Below, piece after piece: positions 38,287 to 47,790 of a DNA stretch of 64,000 bases. Within the stretch, counting starts at the first letter, position 1, and every line of letters starts with the position of its first letter. The notes beneath the pieces are model-generated. The model saw only the letters and a program-made list of their open reading frames with translations. It was not told where the DNA came from and searched no databases. This DNA comes from Polyangiales bacterium (GTDB lineage: Bacteria; Myxococcota_A; Polyangia; Polyangiales; Polyangiaceae), in assembly GCA_038231275.1 (NCBI GenBank), contig JBBRLQ010000013.1, positions 96,001-160,000 on the forward strand, in the 5' to 3' direction. Both the position numbers and the translations under genes were made by a program.

Positions 38287-39699
38287 TCAACCCACCGGAG
38301 CTCTGAGGCGCAGCTCACGCCTGATCAGGAACGCGCACGCGACGAACTGGAGCGACACCGACGCGACCGAGAGCTGCCAGATCGTATGCATCTCGAAGCC
38401 CGCGCGGCCCGATAGCCACAGGACCGGGAGCACGAAGGAGACGGCGCGCGTGGCCGATGCCATCAAGGACGGCCACGTGTTGCCGAGGCCCTGGAAGACG
38501 CCGGCGATGACGAACACGAGGCCGCTCGCGACGTAGTTGTACGAGACCGTCTTCAGGTAGTCGACGCCGACCGCGACGACCTTGGGATCGTCGGAAAAGA
38601 CGCCGAGGAACGCGGCGGGCGCGACGTGGCAAACGAGTGTGAAGGCGAGCATGAAGGCGATGATCAGCTTCGCGCTCTCTCGGAGCGCCTCGCGCACGCG
38701 GTCGAATTTTCGCGACCCGAAGTTCTGCCCGACGACGGCCGCGGCCGAGAAGCTGATCGCCACCGCGGGCATGAAGCCGGCCTGCATCACGCGGCCGCCG
38801 ATGCCGAAGCCAGCCTGCGCCTCGGCGCCGAACGGGCGCGTGACGACGTAGATGACGCCCATGATGATCGACATGAGCAGGAACTCGGCGCCCGCCGGCA
38901 AGCCGATCCCGAGCATGCGCCCCCACACCGCGAAGTCGGGGCGCCACGACGCAAGGCGCAGGCGGAGGAAGGTCTCCTTGCGGCGCAAGTAGAGGAGGAG
39001 GCCGACGACCGCAGCGAACGTCGAGAACAGCGTCGCGAGGGCCGCCCCACCGACGCCGAGGGGATGGCCCGAGCCCCAGCCGAAGATGAGGAACGGCGCG
39101 AGGACCATGTTGAGCAGGACGCTCAGCGTCTGCGCGATGAGTCCCGGTTTCATGTCGCCGATGCCGCGGAGCGCCGACCCGAGGCCGACCATCGTGAACT
39201 GGAGCGCGAGCGCCGGCATGAAGCCGAGGAGGAAGGTGCCGGCGAGCTCCGCGGTCACGCGATCGCCGGCGAGGCCCTCGGCGTACGTGCGCCGCAGCGC
39301 GAGACAGGCGGCGAGGAAGACGAGGCCCGCGACCGTGGAGAGGCTCTGCGCCTGGTTGAAGAGGCGCTGGACCTCGTCGTTCTCTTTGCGACCTGCCGCC
39401 TGCGAGACGAGCGCGACGCACCCGACCGACAGCATCTGCGTCACCGCGAGCGAGACGAACATCAGGTTGCTCGAGAGCGCGACGGCGGCGACCGCCTCCT
39501 TGCCGAGGCGGCCGACCCAGTAGATGTCGACGAGCCCGTAGAGCGTCTGGATCGCGAGACCGGCGAGGACGAAGAGCATCATGCGCACGACGTGCCCGCG
39601 GATGCTGCCGACGGTCATGTCGTGGACGCCGCTCTTGGCAGGCGCGGCCGGTCGGGCCGGTTCGACCGGCGGGCTCTCGGGTTCGGCGGGCGCGTCCAT
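38287..39699 (-). CDS. MATE family efflux transporter
   Basis: DMT.G.I, Y.LVD..WVGRLG..AVAA, LRG.GD.K, GV.GAALAT, VGQNFG. Confidence 0.92.
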   Translation of the reverse strand: MDAPAEPESPPVEPARPAAPAKSGVHDMTVGSIRGHVVRMMLFVLAGLAIQTLYGLVDIYWVGRLGKEAVAAVALSSNLMFVSLAVTQMLSVGCVALVSQAAGRKENDEVQRLFNQAQSLSTVAGLVFLAACLALRRTYAEGLAGDRVTAELAGTFLLGFMPALALQFTMVGLGSALRGIGDMKPGLIAQTLSVLLNMVLAPFLIFGWGSGHPLGVGGAALATLFSTFAAVVGLLLYLRRKETFLRLRLASWRPDFAVWGRMLGIGLPAGAEFLLMSIIMGVIYVVTRPFGAEAQAGFGIGGRVMQAGFMPAVAISFSAAAVVGQNFGSRKFDRVREALRESAKLIIAFMLAFTLVCHVAPAAFLGVFSDDPKVVAVGVDYLKTVSYNYVASGLVFVIAGVFQGLGNTWPSLMASATRAVSFVLPVLWLSGRAGFEMHTIWQLSVASVSLQFVACAFLIRRELRLRAPVG

Positions 39700-39837
39700 G
39701 GCGGCTGGCGTTACGTTATACCGGCCCTGAAGCCACCGCGCGCGCGTGAACGCCGGTTCTCGGCCCGCGCGTCGCCGATGGCGCGGCCGCCGGCGGGCGC
39801 CGCGACAAACCGCTCGAAAAGAGGCGCTTTCGTGCGT

Positions 39838-39853
39838 CGGCACGGGAGATGCG
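39838..39853 (+). promoter_or_regulatory. Putative sigma54 promoter CGGCACGGGAGATGCG
   Basis: GG-N10-GC with GGCACG core, 12 bp before ATG 39865. Confidence 0.55.
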
Positions 39854-39864
39854 AAGGGGCGGGC

Positions 39865-40368
39865 ATGTCGCGCACTCGCCTCCTCTCGCTCGTCCCGATG
39901 GTCGTCACTTCGCTCCTCCTCGGAGGGTGTGGCTGCGACGCCGCGGGGGGACGCGCGACCGAGGCCTCCGTCGTGCAGGTCCCGACCACGGCGGCGACGC
40001 TCGACGTGGAGCTCGGAACCGGCACTGACGGCTTTCACGCTCTCGGCGCGCAGCAGTCGGTGAGCATGGTCCACGGGCCGCAAGGCGGGCAGCACGTTTG
40101 GGTGAGCCTTCGCATCAAAGACGCCGGCTTCGACACGGCCCGCGTCAACTTGAGCGCGCGCTATTCGGAGAACGGAGCGCCCGCCGGCGAGGCGTCCGGA
40201 TGGATCGCCGATCTCAGCGTCCCGATGGACGGCGTGCGCACGCATGCGGGCATGAAGGATTACGTCAGCGGGGTCGCGTCGCCGCGCGTGGTGATTCTGC
40301 GCGCAGAGGTCGTCGCGCCGGACGGGCGGCACGGCGTGGACGAGCGCGCGATCATGCTGACGCCCTGA
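39865..40368 (+). CDS. Hypothetical lipoprotein
   Basis: Lipobox LGGC; GPQGGQHVW motif. Confidence 0.7.
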   Translation: MSRTRLLSLVPMVVTSLLLGGCGCDAAGGRATEASVVQVPTTAATLDVELGTGTDGFHALGAQQSVSMVHGPQGGQHVWVSLRIKDAGFDTARVNLSARYSENGAPAGEASGWIADLSVPMDGVRTHAGMKDYVSGVASPRVVILRAEVVAPDGRHGVDERAIMLTP

Positions 40369-40384
40369 CGACGGCGTCGACGCC

Positions 40385-40939
40385 TCAGCCGCGCGCGCGC
40401 AGGCCGGGGAGCATGCGGCGAAGGCTCGGCGCCGCGAAGCCCGCGGCCTTGCGCGGCGCGAACGCTCCGAAGACGAGCGCGCCGACGACGAACGCCACCA
40501 CCGCGCTCGCGCCCTCGGCCGACAGCGCGCCACCCGAGCGACGCACGACGCGCTCCACCTCGGCGTCCATCACGCGACGCACCTTGGTGAACATGACCGG
40601 ATCACTCAGCGCCTCCGCGAAGATCCCGACCCACGCGCGCGCCGCCGTCGCGTCGCTCCGCCCGTCCAGTGCGAGGGCAGCGCCGATGTAGGCGTCGAGC
40701 GGATCGGCCGCGGAGTGCGCGTCGAGGCGGCGCCGGAATTCCGCGCGCAGCTCGTCGAAGAGCATCTCGTAGAGCTCTTGTTTCCCCGTGAAATAGTGAT
40801 GGAGCAGGCCTGGCGCGATGCCCGCTTCGGCGGCCACCGCCGCCACCGTCGCCCCGCCTCTGCCGTGCGCCCCCAGGACGCGCGCGAAGGCCCGTGCCAG
40901 CTCTGCGCGGCGCTTGGCCCTGAGACTCGGCCGCCCCAT
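40385..40939 (-). CDS. TetR family regulator, BetI-like
   Basis: MGRPS...RR.EL, TVA.VA.EAG...GLLHHYF.GK.EL HTH. Confidence 0.85.
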   Translation of the reverse strand: MGRPSLRAKRRAELARAFARVLGAHGRGGATVAAVAAEAGIAPGLLHHYFTGKQELYEMLFDELRAEFRRRLDAHSAADPLDAYIGAALALDGRSDATAARAWVGIFAEALSDPVMFTKVRRVMDAEVERVVRRSGGALSAEGASAVVAFVVGALVFGAFAPRKAAGFAAPSLRRMLPGLRARG

Positions 40940-40963
40940 AGATTGGTTGTACCACCAATCTAT
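40938..40963. promoter_or_regulatory. Operator ATAGATTGGT-N6-ACCAATCTAT
   Basis: Perfect 10-bp AT-rich inverted repeat overlapping the TetR start codon. Confidence 0.8.
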
Positions 40964-40981
40964 CTGCCGCACACTTGAGAC

Positions 40982-41596
40982 ATGGCCGATCACAAGACCG
41001 CCGACGTCGCGCGGCGCCTCTCGTTCCAGTGTCCGCCGACGTTGCTGGAGCGCGTGGTCGTGCGCTACGCCGAACCGCACCGGCGATACCACACGTGGGC
41101 GCACATCCTCGCGTGCTTCGACGCGCGCGACGCGCTCACGAGCGCCGCGTCGCCGGCCGTCGACCTGGCGCTGCTCTTTCACGACGCGATCTACGAGCCG
41201 CTCCGTCAGGACAACGAGGCGCGCAGCGCAGCGCTCCTCGTCGAGGAAGGGCGTCGGGCGTGGCTCGACGATCGAATGCTCTCGCGCGCGCAGAACCTCG
41301 TCCTCGCCACCGCGCACGGAAGCGCGACCCACCTCGGAACCGAAGAGGCGAGCATCGTCCTCGACGCCGACTTGTCGATCCTCGGGGGCGACGAGACGAC
41401 GTTCGACGAGTACGAGAGGCTCGTGCGTCAGGAGTACGCGCAGGTCGAGGAGGCCGCGTACTCCGCCGGGCGTCGCGCGATTTTGAGCGCTCTCTTGGCC
41501 CGCGCCACGATCTTCGTGACGCGCGTGGGGCGGGCCCGATGGGAGGAGCCTGCGCGTCGCAACCTCGCGCGGAGCCTCGCGAAGCTCGCCCGGTAA
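40982..41596 (+). CDS. Predicted HD-superfamily metal-dependent phosphohydrolase
   Basis: Y.EPHR.YH...H, FHDAIY, NE.RSA, LDADL.IL, VRQEY, AR.NL. Confidence 0.85.
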   Translation: MADHKTADVARRLSFQCPPTLLERVVVRYAEPHRRYHTWAHILACFDARDALTSAASPAVDLALLFHDAIYEPLRQDNEARSAALLVEEGRRAWLDDRMLSRAQNLVLATAHGSATHLGTEEASIVLDADLSILGGDETTFDEYERLVRQEYAQVEEAAYSAGRRAILSALLARATIFVTRVGRARWEEPARRNLARSLAKLAR

Positions 41597-41656
41597 AAAA
41601 AGTACGCGGCGCCGCATCCTTTCGGGGGTGACGGTCGTCTTCGGGGCGAGGACGAC

Positions 41657-42136
41657 ATGACAAGCGCCAAGACGATCACCAAGCCCGTAGCCACCAAGAC
41701 GAGCAGCGCGTTCCGCATGGATTGCGCGGTCCGCTGCACCATCCAGGCGAGCCCCGACCGGATCTGGGGTCTGCTCACCGACGCGGCGAGCTTCCCGCGC
41801 TGGAACTCCACGGTCACCAAGATCGAAGGATCGATCGCCCCGGGCGAGACGTTGAAGCTCGAGGTCCCCGCGGCGCCGGGACGCGTCTTCAAGCCGAAGG
41901 TCACCGGCTTCGAGCCCGGCCGCTCGATGGTGTGGAGCGACGGCTTCGCGCCCATGTTCAAGGGCGTCCGCACGTTCACGCTCACTGCGACGGCCGACGG
42001 CGCGACCGAGTTCGCGATGCGCGAGGAATTCTCTGGCGTCATGCTCCCGATGATCAAGGGCTCGCTACCGGACTTCGGGCCGGCCTTCGAGGCGTACGCG
42101 GCGGATCTGAAGCGCGAGGCCGAGAAGAACGGGTAG
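41657..42136 (+). CDS. SRPBCC/START-fold protein
   Basis: I.A.P..IW.LLTD...P.WN; E.FSG; LK..AE. Confidence 0.85.
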   Translation: MTSAKTITKPVATKTSSAFRMDCAVRCTIQASPDRIWGLLTDAASFPRWNSTVTKIEGSIAPGETLKLEVPAAPGRVFKPKVTGFEPGRSMVWSDGFAPMFKGVRTFTLTATADGATEFAMREEFSGVMLPMIKGSLPDFGPAFEAYAADLKREAEKNG

Positions 42137-42145
42137 CGTGATCCG

Positions 42146-43012
42146 GTGACCCCCACGACGACCGACGCGTTCGCCGCCGCCCGCGAGCAGTTCCTCGCGA
42201 TGGTGGAGGGCTTGCGCCCCGAGCTGCACCGCTACTGCGCGCGCCTCACCGGCTCCGTGATCGAGGGCGAGGACATCGTGCAGGACGCGCTCGCGAAGGC
42301 GTTCTACGCGCTCAGCCAGTCGCCGGAGGTCCCCCCTCTTCGCCCGTGGCTCTTTCGCATCGCGCACAACGCCGCGCTCGATTTCTTGAAGAGCCACGGC
42401 AAAAAATACACGGACGTCTCCGCGGAGCTCGACGACGTCGCCGCGTTCGACGAGCGCCCCGATCCCCTCGTCGTCCGCGCCGCGCTCGCCCGCTTCTTGA
42501 CGCTCCCGGTCACGCAACGCAGCGCAGTCATCTTGAAGGACGTCCTCGGGCACTCGCTCGAGGAGACGTCGGCGACGATGGAGACGACCATCATGGCGGT
42601 GAAGGCAGCTCTCGTCCGCGGACGGGCGAAGCTCCTCGAGCAGGAGAGGCAGGAAGATCTCGCCAAGGCGACGGCGCGCGCCGATCTCGACCGATACGCG
42701 ACCCTCTTCAACGCGCGCGACTGGGACGGCGTGCGCGCGCTCGTCGGCGAAGACTGCCGGCTCGATCTCGTGTCGAAATCGCAACGCCGCGGCAAGCAGG
42801 TCGGCATGTACTTCGGCAACTACGAGAAGGCGGACGTTTCCGTGCGGGTCGCGCGTCTCGAGGGAAACCTGGTCCTCGCCGCGACCCCGCCCGGCCCTGG
42901 CGCGCCGACGTACTTCATCCTGCTCGAGTTCGACGGCGGCCGCGTGACCAAAATTCGCGATTTTCGATACGTCCCGTACATCGCCGCCGAGGCCGAAATC
43001 GAGCCCGTTTAG
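42146..43012 (+). CDS. ECF sigma factor with SnoaL-like C-terminal extension
   Basis: Region 2 (LHRYCARLTGS..EGEDIVQD, WLFRIAHN), region 4 (LP..QR...IL.DV.G....E), extension (Y..LFNARDWDG). Confidence 0.88.
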   Translation: MTPTTTDAFAAAREQFLAMVEGLRPELHRYCARLTGSVIEGEDIVQDALAKAFYALSQSPEVPPLRPWLFRIAHNAALDFLKSHGKKYTDVSAELDDVAAFDERPDPLVVRAALARFLTLPVTQRSAVILKDVLGHSLEETSATMETTIMAVKAALVRGRAKLLEQERQEDLAKATARADLDRYATLFNARDWDGVRALVGEDCRLDLVSKSQRRGKQVGMYFGNYEKADVSVRVARLEGNLVLAATPPGPGAPTYFILLEFDGGRVTKIRDFRYVPYIAAEAEIEPV

Positions 43013-43018
43013 TGGCGA

Positions 43019-45340
43019 TCACGCTCCATTGCTCGGCGCGCGCGCGAGGACCTCGAGGCTGATCTTCCGGAAACGCACGTCGGCGTCGAGATCGGCCAGG
43101 ATCGCGATCAGGCCCCAGTACATCCGAAACGCGTACGCGAAGTCGGGATGAATCTGGAGCCCGTCTGCGACGAACGGACCCGACGGCGCCAGCGGCGCGA
43201 GCTCGCCGAGGAGCGCGGCCTTCGAGAGCTTCCGCGGCGCGTCGTCGCCGACCACGCTCGTGAGAAAGCGCGTGAGGAGCTGGGCCATCTTCGTGTAGGT
43301 CCGATCGGAGCCACCCGGCACGAACTGGAGGAGCTTGTGCCCGGCGAGGACGCGCGCCGGATCGCCCACGATCGTCCCCTCCAAGATCTCGCGCCAGCCG
43401 CCCGCTGCCTCGCCGCTCCACTCGCGGACGTTGCCGAAGTCGACGAGGCAGAGCGCGCTCTCCGAGAACAAGAGGTTGCCGGGGTGCATGTCGGTGTTGA
43501 ACGATCGCTCGACGATCGTGGTGCGGATCGCGTAGCGGAGCAGCGCCTCGGCCGCCCGGCTCCGCTGAGCTGGAGTCGCCGTCGCGACGAACTCCGCGAA
43601 CGTTTGCCCCTCGAAATACGTCGTCACGAGGACGCGCGCGGTGGTCAGCTCGTGATGGACGCGCGGGATGACGATCTCGCCGTCGTCGGCGAGGCGTTCA
43701 CGGAAGCGCGTCTGCGCCGCCGCCTCGCGGAGGTAGTCGCACTCGAGGAGCATGCGCTCGCGCAGCTCCGAGACGATGCCGGCGATGTTCCACCGCGGGA
43801 GCGTGCGCTGGACGAGCGGAACGATGAGCCGAAGCGCCCTGAAATCCCGCTCCATCCGGCCCGCCACGTTCGGATACTGCACCTTGATCGCGACGCGCTC
43901 GCCGCTTGGGAGGACGCCGCGGTGCACCTGCCCCACGCTGCCCGACGACAGCGGCGTCTCGTCGATCTCCGCGAACACCTCCGAGGCTCGTCGCTTCAGC
44001 TCGGACTCGAGGACGCCACGCACGACGTCGAACGGCACCGGCGCCGCATCGTCGTGCAGCGTGGCAAGGAGCGCGCGTGACTCCGCGGGCATCGGGACGC
44101 CGTAGAACGCCATCACCTGCCCGACCTTCATGAGCGGCCCCTTCAGCGCCGACAGGTGGTAGGCGAGGATCTCTACGTACGCTTCGATCGCCTCGTCCGG
44201 GCTCGCGTGCACGCGCCAGCGCGCTTTGAGAAGCTCGTAGCCGAGGCGCAGCGCGGAGGGCACGACGTCGGCATCAGGCCGTTCGTGCTCGGCGCGCGCC
44301 GTGGCCTTCGAGAGCGCGAGCGAATAGACGTCGGCGCTTGAACCATCGGTGATCGACAGCGACAGCGCCCGGTAACGCGCGGCGAGGCGGGTCCCTTCTT
44401 TGACTTGCTTGTGGCGAAGGAGCCATCGCGCGCCCGCCGCGACGCCGAGGAGCGACAACGCCGGATCGGACGCGTCGTCCACACCGTCGATCGCGCGAAT
44501 GAGCGCCTGCGTCCGCGACGTAAGCGGAAGCGACGCTTTGTCCGCCTTCTCGAGCGCGAGGGCGAGCGTCCACGCCGCCGGATCGCCCTCGCCCGACGCC
44601 GTCCTTCGCAGCGACGCCGCGGCGGGCAGCTCGGCGACGAGCGCCTTCGACGGGATCGCGCGCGCCCAAAGATAGAGCTCGAGCATCCGCGCCGGTGTTC
44701 GCGCGAGGGTGCCGAGGCGCAGCGCGCGCAAGATCTCCGCGGGAGACCCCTCTCGCATCGCGCGCACGCACGCCGTCTCCCACGCGAGCGCGTGATCGAA
44801 CCGCCCGCTCAAGCGCGACAGGCGCGCACCCGACAGGCTCGCCGCGCCACGATCGGTCGGCGCGCCGTCCGCGAACGCGCTCTCGAGGAGACGCAACGAG
44901 ACCTCGCTGCCTCCATCCAGGAGCGCGCGCGCCGGATCGCCGCTGGCCTCTGCGCCCTCCCACGGCGCCTCGCCGCTCGGCGACGCCGCGCGCGCGATCG
45001 CTTCGAGCGCCTCGTGAAGCTCGCTGAGGCGTGACCCGCGACGTCCGATGCCCACGCGACGCAGGCATCGCGTCGCCTCGGCGTGCAGTGCCTTCACCTC
45101 GTCGCGCCGCGATGGACCTTCGGACGCCGCGACCTCGAGCGCCGCCGCCGCGCGCGCGAATCGCGTGAGCTCACCGCGCAGCGACGACGCACCGGAGGCA
45201 CGCGCGCGCCGACCCGTCGTGAGCGCCGCCCCGAGGCCCACGAGCGCTACTTCGCGCCGCGCCGCATCGACCGCCGCCGCGACCGTGTCGCGCCGCCAGA
45301 CCTGCGCCCGCGAAGGCTCCCAGAAGTCGTCTTCTTGCAC
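43019..45340 (-). CDS. AarF/ABC1/UbiB kinase with long N-terminal helical extension
   Basis: LKG..MKVGQ, SGSVGQVH, VAIKVQYP, E.DY..EA, DMHPGN, VDFG; start codon uncertain. Confidence 0.8.
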   Translation of the reverse strand: MQEDDFWEPSRAQVWRRDTVAAAVDAARREVALVGLGAALTTGRRARASGASSLRGELTRFARAAAALEVAASEGPSRRDEVKALHAEATRCLRRVGIGRRGSRLSELHEALEAIARAASPSGEAPWEGAEASGDPARALLDGGSEVSLRLLESAFADGAPTDRGAASLSGARLSRLSGRFDHALAWETACVRAMREGSPAEILRALRLGTLARTPARMLELYLWARAIPSKALVAELPAAASLRRTASGEGDPAAWTLALALEKADKASLPLTSRTQALIRAIDGVDDASDPALSLLGVAAGARWLLRHKQVKEGTRLAARYRALSLSITDGSSADVYSLALSKATARAEHERPDADVVPSALRLGYELLKARWRVHASPDEAIEAYVEILAYHLSALKGPLMKVGQVMAFYGVPMPAESRALLATLHDDAAPVPFDVVRGVLESELKRRASEVFAEIDETPLSSGSVGQVHRGVLPSGERVAIKVQYPNVAGRMERDFRALRLIVPLVQRTLPRWNIAGIVSELRERMLLECDYLREAAAQTRFRERLADDGEIVIPRVHHELTTARVLVTTYFEGQTFAEFVATATPAQRSRAAEALLRYAIRTTIVERSFNTDMHPGNLLFSESALCLVDFGNVREWSGEAAGGWREILEGTIVGDPARVLAGHKLLQFVPGGSDRTYTKMAQLLTRFLTSVVGDDAPRKLSKAALLGELAPLAPSGPFVADGLQIHPDFAYAFRMYWGLIAILADLDADVRFRKISLEVLARAPSNGA

Positions 45341-45519
45341 CCGCGCGTTCTCTCCCCTCGTGGACCGTTCGCCGAACGAAAATTCAGCGTAACCGCCGAA
45401 GAAGAGACGTGAAGTCGAAAATCCGATTTGTGCGAAATGGTGCGACAAACATCGACTGCTAGTTGGAAGCGGGTCGACGCCGCGTGGCGCTCGCATCCAC
45501 CTCGAAAAGGAGCTTCCCC

Positions 45520-45987
45520 ATGACCAAGAACGGCACCCCCAACGGCATGCACACGGTCACCGCCCACCTCGTCGTGAAGGGCGCGGCCAAGGCGATCGAG
45601 TTCTACAAGAAAGCGTTCGGCGCCGAGGAGGTCTACCGGCTGTCGACGCCGGACGGCAAGATCGCGCACGCCGAGATCCGCATCGGCGACTCGCCGATCT
45701 GGATCAGCGACGAGCAGCCGAACATGGGCGCGATCGCGCAGGCGAGCCCCGGCGCGACGACGCTTCATCTCTTCGTCGCGAAGGTCGATGAGGTGTACGC
45801 GCGCGCGCTCGACGCGGGCGCGAAGAGCGTGCTTCCGCCGACCGACATGTTCTGGGGCGCGCGCTACGGCCAGGTCGCCGACGCGTTCGGCCACCGGTGG
45901 TCGCTCGCGACGCAGACCCGCGAGGTCTCGGCGACCGAGATGCAAGACGCGATGAAGCGACAAGCCGCCGCACCCGCCACCGCCTGA
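45520..45987 (+). CDS. VOC/glyoxalase family protein (PhnB-like)
   Basis: AIEFY.KAFGA, HAEIRIGDS, DMFWG.RYG...D.FGH.W; AGGAG RBS. Confidence 0.9.
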   Translation: MTKNGTPNGMHTVTAHLVVKGAAKAIEFYKKAFGAEEVYRLSTPDGKIAHAEIRIGDSPIWISDEQPNMGAIAQASPGATTLHLFVAKVDEVYARALDAGAKSVLPPTDMFWGARYGQVADAFGHRWSLATQTREVSATEMQDAMKRQAAAPATA

Positions 45988-46021
45988 AGGCGACCGTCGC
46001 GAGCGAAAGCGGCAAGTCGTC

Positions 46022-46484
46022 GTAGCCGCGCCGATGTGTCGTCGGCGCGGCGCCGCCGTCGGACGATGGACGACTGGCGCGGCCGCGGAGCGAGGACGAT
46101 GCTCCGCGCGTGGGACGACGGCAAACGCGGGGCGAGTGGGAGCGGCTCATTGGCGAAGCCGAGGGCAGCTCGCTCGAGCAAACAGCGCGCAGACACGGTG
46201 TGCGGCCGAAGACGCTCGCGTGGTGGCGATGGCAGCTTCGGCGTGGCGGAGTCACGCGTAGCGCGACCAAGGGGATGCAGCCCGTGCCAGTTCGCGTTCG
46301 CGAGCACGTCGGGCCGGTCGTCGACGACATCCTCGAGGATGTCGTTTGGGGTGCGGTGATTCGCCTTCGAGTCGGCCAAGACGTCGCGTACGTCGCCTCG
46401 GCCGCCGTCGACATGCGCATGGGTCACGACGGCCTCTTCGCCGTCGTCCGCGAGAAGTGGAAGCGGGATCCGTTCACCCAGGCG
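46022..46484 (+). mobile_element. Degenerate IS66-family element (tnpA fused to a tnpB fragment)
   Basis: From 46110: EW..LI...ARRHGV...TL.WWRW.L (TnpA HTH), then YVA...VDMR.G.DGL...V.....DPF (IS66 TnpB N-terminus); no tnpC; left end at GTAGCCGC is tentative. Confidence 0.75.
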
Positions 46485-47468
46485 TTACCTGCAGACGTTC
46501 CCGACGCAATCCTTGCCGATTGGGCAGTCGGCCATGGCCGTGCATTGCGGGTGCGCTTCGCTGTACGAGCGACACACCTTGTCGAGACCGCAAGAGCGGA
46601 TGCGCAGGTCGATCTGGCTACACAGCGTGTCGTCGGTGCAAGGGTACTTGCAGAGGCCTTGGTTGCACTTCTCCCCGCCGGCCGTGTTGCACTGCGTATC
46701 GATCTGACAGTTCCGCTTCACGCGTGTGTCGGGCGCGCACGCGCCCTGGTCGCAGTAGTCGCCCGGGCCGCAGGGCTGGGTGTTCGTGCATGCGGCGGTG
46801 CAGTGACGGGCAACGCAGAACGGTGTCGTCGCCGAGCACTCGGCATTCGAGGTGCAGCTCGAGCCAGTCAGGTTCTTCTCGCACCCGCCCTTCACGCACG
46901 TGTCGTCGCCGGCGCAGCTTCCGGTCGCGCACGCGTCCTCGCACCTACCGCTCACGCAGACGCCGCCGCCGCAGTCGCTGTCGTACTTGCACACGTCTGC
47001 GCTCGACGTGCACCTACTGCTGACACAGGTGAGGAGGGCGCCGCAGTCACTGGGCTGCGTGCAGGCGCATGGGCCGTTCGTCCCGCCGCAGCTCTGGCAG
47101 GTGCCGTGGTCACATGCGTCGGCCAGGTTCCCACCTTCGGAGGGGTGGCCACCGTCGGTGCTCTCCGAGCAGTAGCCGGCAGTCTTGGCCGCGTTGAGAC
47201 CAGCCTCACAGCTCGCCTCGAAGGTGCTCGCCGACGCCGATTGTGCCAACCCATCGTCGATGCTGTGCTTGGCGGAGTCGCATGCTGCGGCGACTTGGGG
47301 TTGAGAACCGGCGATCTGTCCGCAGCACGTCAGGTAGGCGGTGCACGCCGGGCCAAGTCGACTGGCGGAGTCCTGGGACCCAGCGTCGCTCGCGACGGCG
47401 TAATAGTTGTTGGTGCTCGAACCACATGCCACCAAGACCGTCGGCACCAAGAAAAGTACGAGCTGCAT
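46485..47468 (-). CDS. Cys-rich lipoprotein
   Basis: MQLVLFLVPTVLVAC lipobox; many short C..D..C....C..G.C units. Confidence 0.8.
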   Translation of the reverse strand: MQLVLFLVPTVLVACGSSTNNYYAVASDAGSQDSASRLGPACTAYLTCCGQIAGSQPQVAAACDSAKHSIDDGLAQSASASTFEASCEAGLNAAKTAGYCSESTDGGHPSEGGNLADACDHGTCQSCGGTNGPCACTQPSDCGALLTCVSSRCTSSADVCKYDSDCGGGVCVSGRCEDACATGSCAGDDTCVKGGCEKNLTGSSCTSNAECSATTPFCVARHCTAACTNTQPCGPGDYCDQGACAPDTRVKRNCQIDTQCNTAGGEKCNQGLCKYPCTDDTLCSQIDLRIRSCGLDKVCRSYSEAHPQCTAMADCPIGKDCVGNVCR

Positions 47469-47519
47469 CTGATTCGCGCTCTTCCCAGGAACACGCCGGC
47501 TTGACATGTCCCACCCGAG

Positions 47520-47535
47520 TGCATCACGTGTGCCG
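47520..47535 (-). promoter_or_regulatory. Putative sigma54 promoter CGGCACACGTGATGCA
   Basis: GG-N10-GC with GGCAC core, about 50 bp upstream of ATG 47468. Confidence 0.55.
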
Positions 47536-47655
47536 CAAACGGATTGAGGGATTTCCGACGGACACCGAGGCCAATCGAGCCTCACGATCTCGGAGGGCGC
47601 GGCGTGGTGAGGCCTTCCCGGCCCCACCGACGAGCTGCGGGGCCGGGCGCGCTCG

Positions 47656-47695
47656 CGTCGTTGAACCGGCGGCGGGGGGTGCCGGTTCAACGACG
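47656..47695. repeat. Perfect 15-bp-stem hairpin CGTCGTTGAACCGGC-N10-GCCGGTTCAACGACG
   Basis: Seen directly; intergenic; no U-tract. Confidence 0.85.
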
Positions 47696-47790
47696 TCATC
47701 AGGATGAAAGACGCGCCGGCTGAGAAGGTACGAGCCCCGCGTAGTCATGGCGGAGTAGAAATGGAACTTCCGGTCAACCGCCGGCGGGCA

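Noticed and set aside
46110..47504. 464-aa ORF as a full transposase
   Set aside because: Only the first ~125 aa are IS66-like; the rest is antisense to the Cys-rich lipoprotein.
47524..47748. Short ORF as a REP-associated transposase fragment
   Set aside because: Resemblance is limited to a few residues; no HUH motif.
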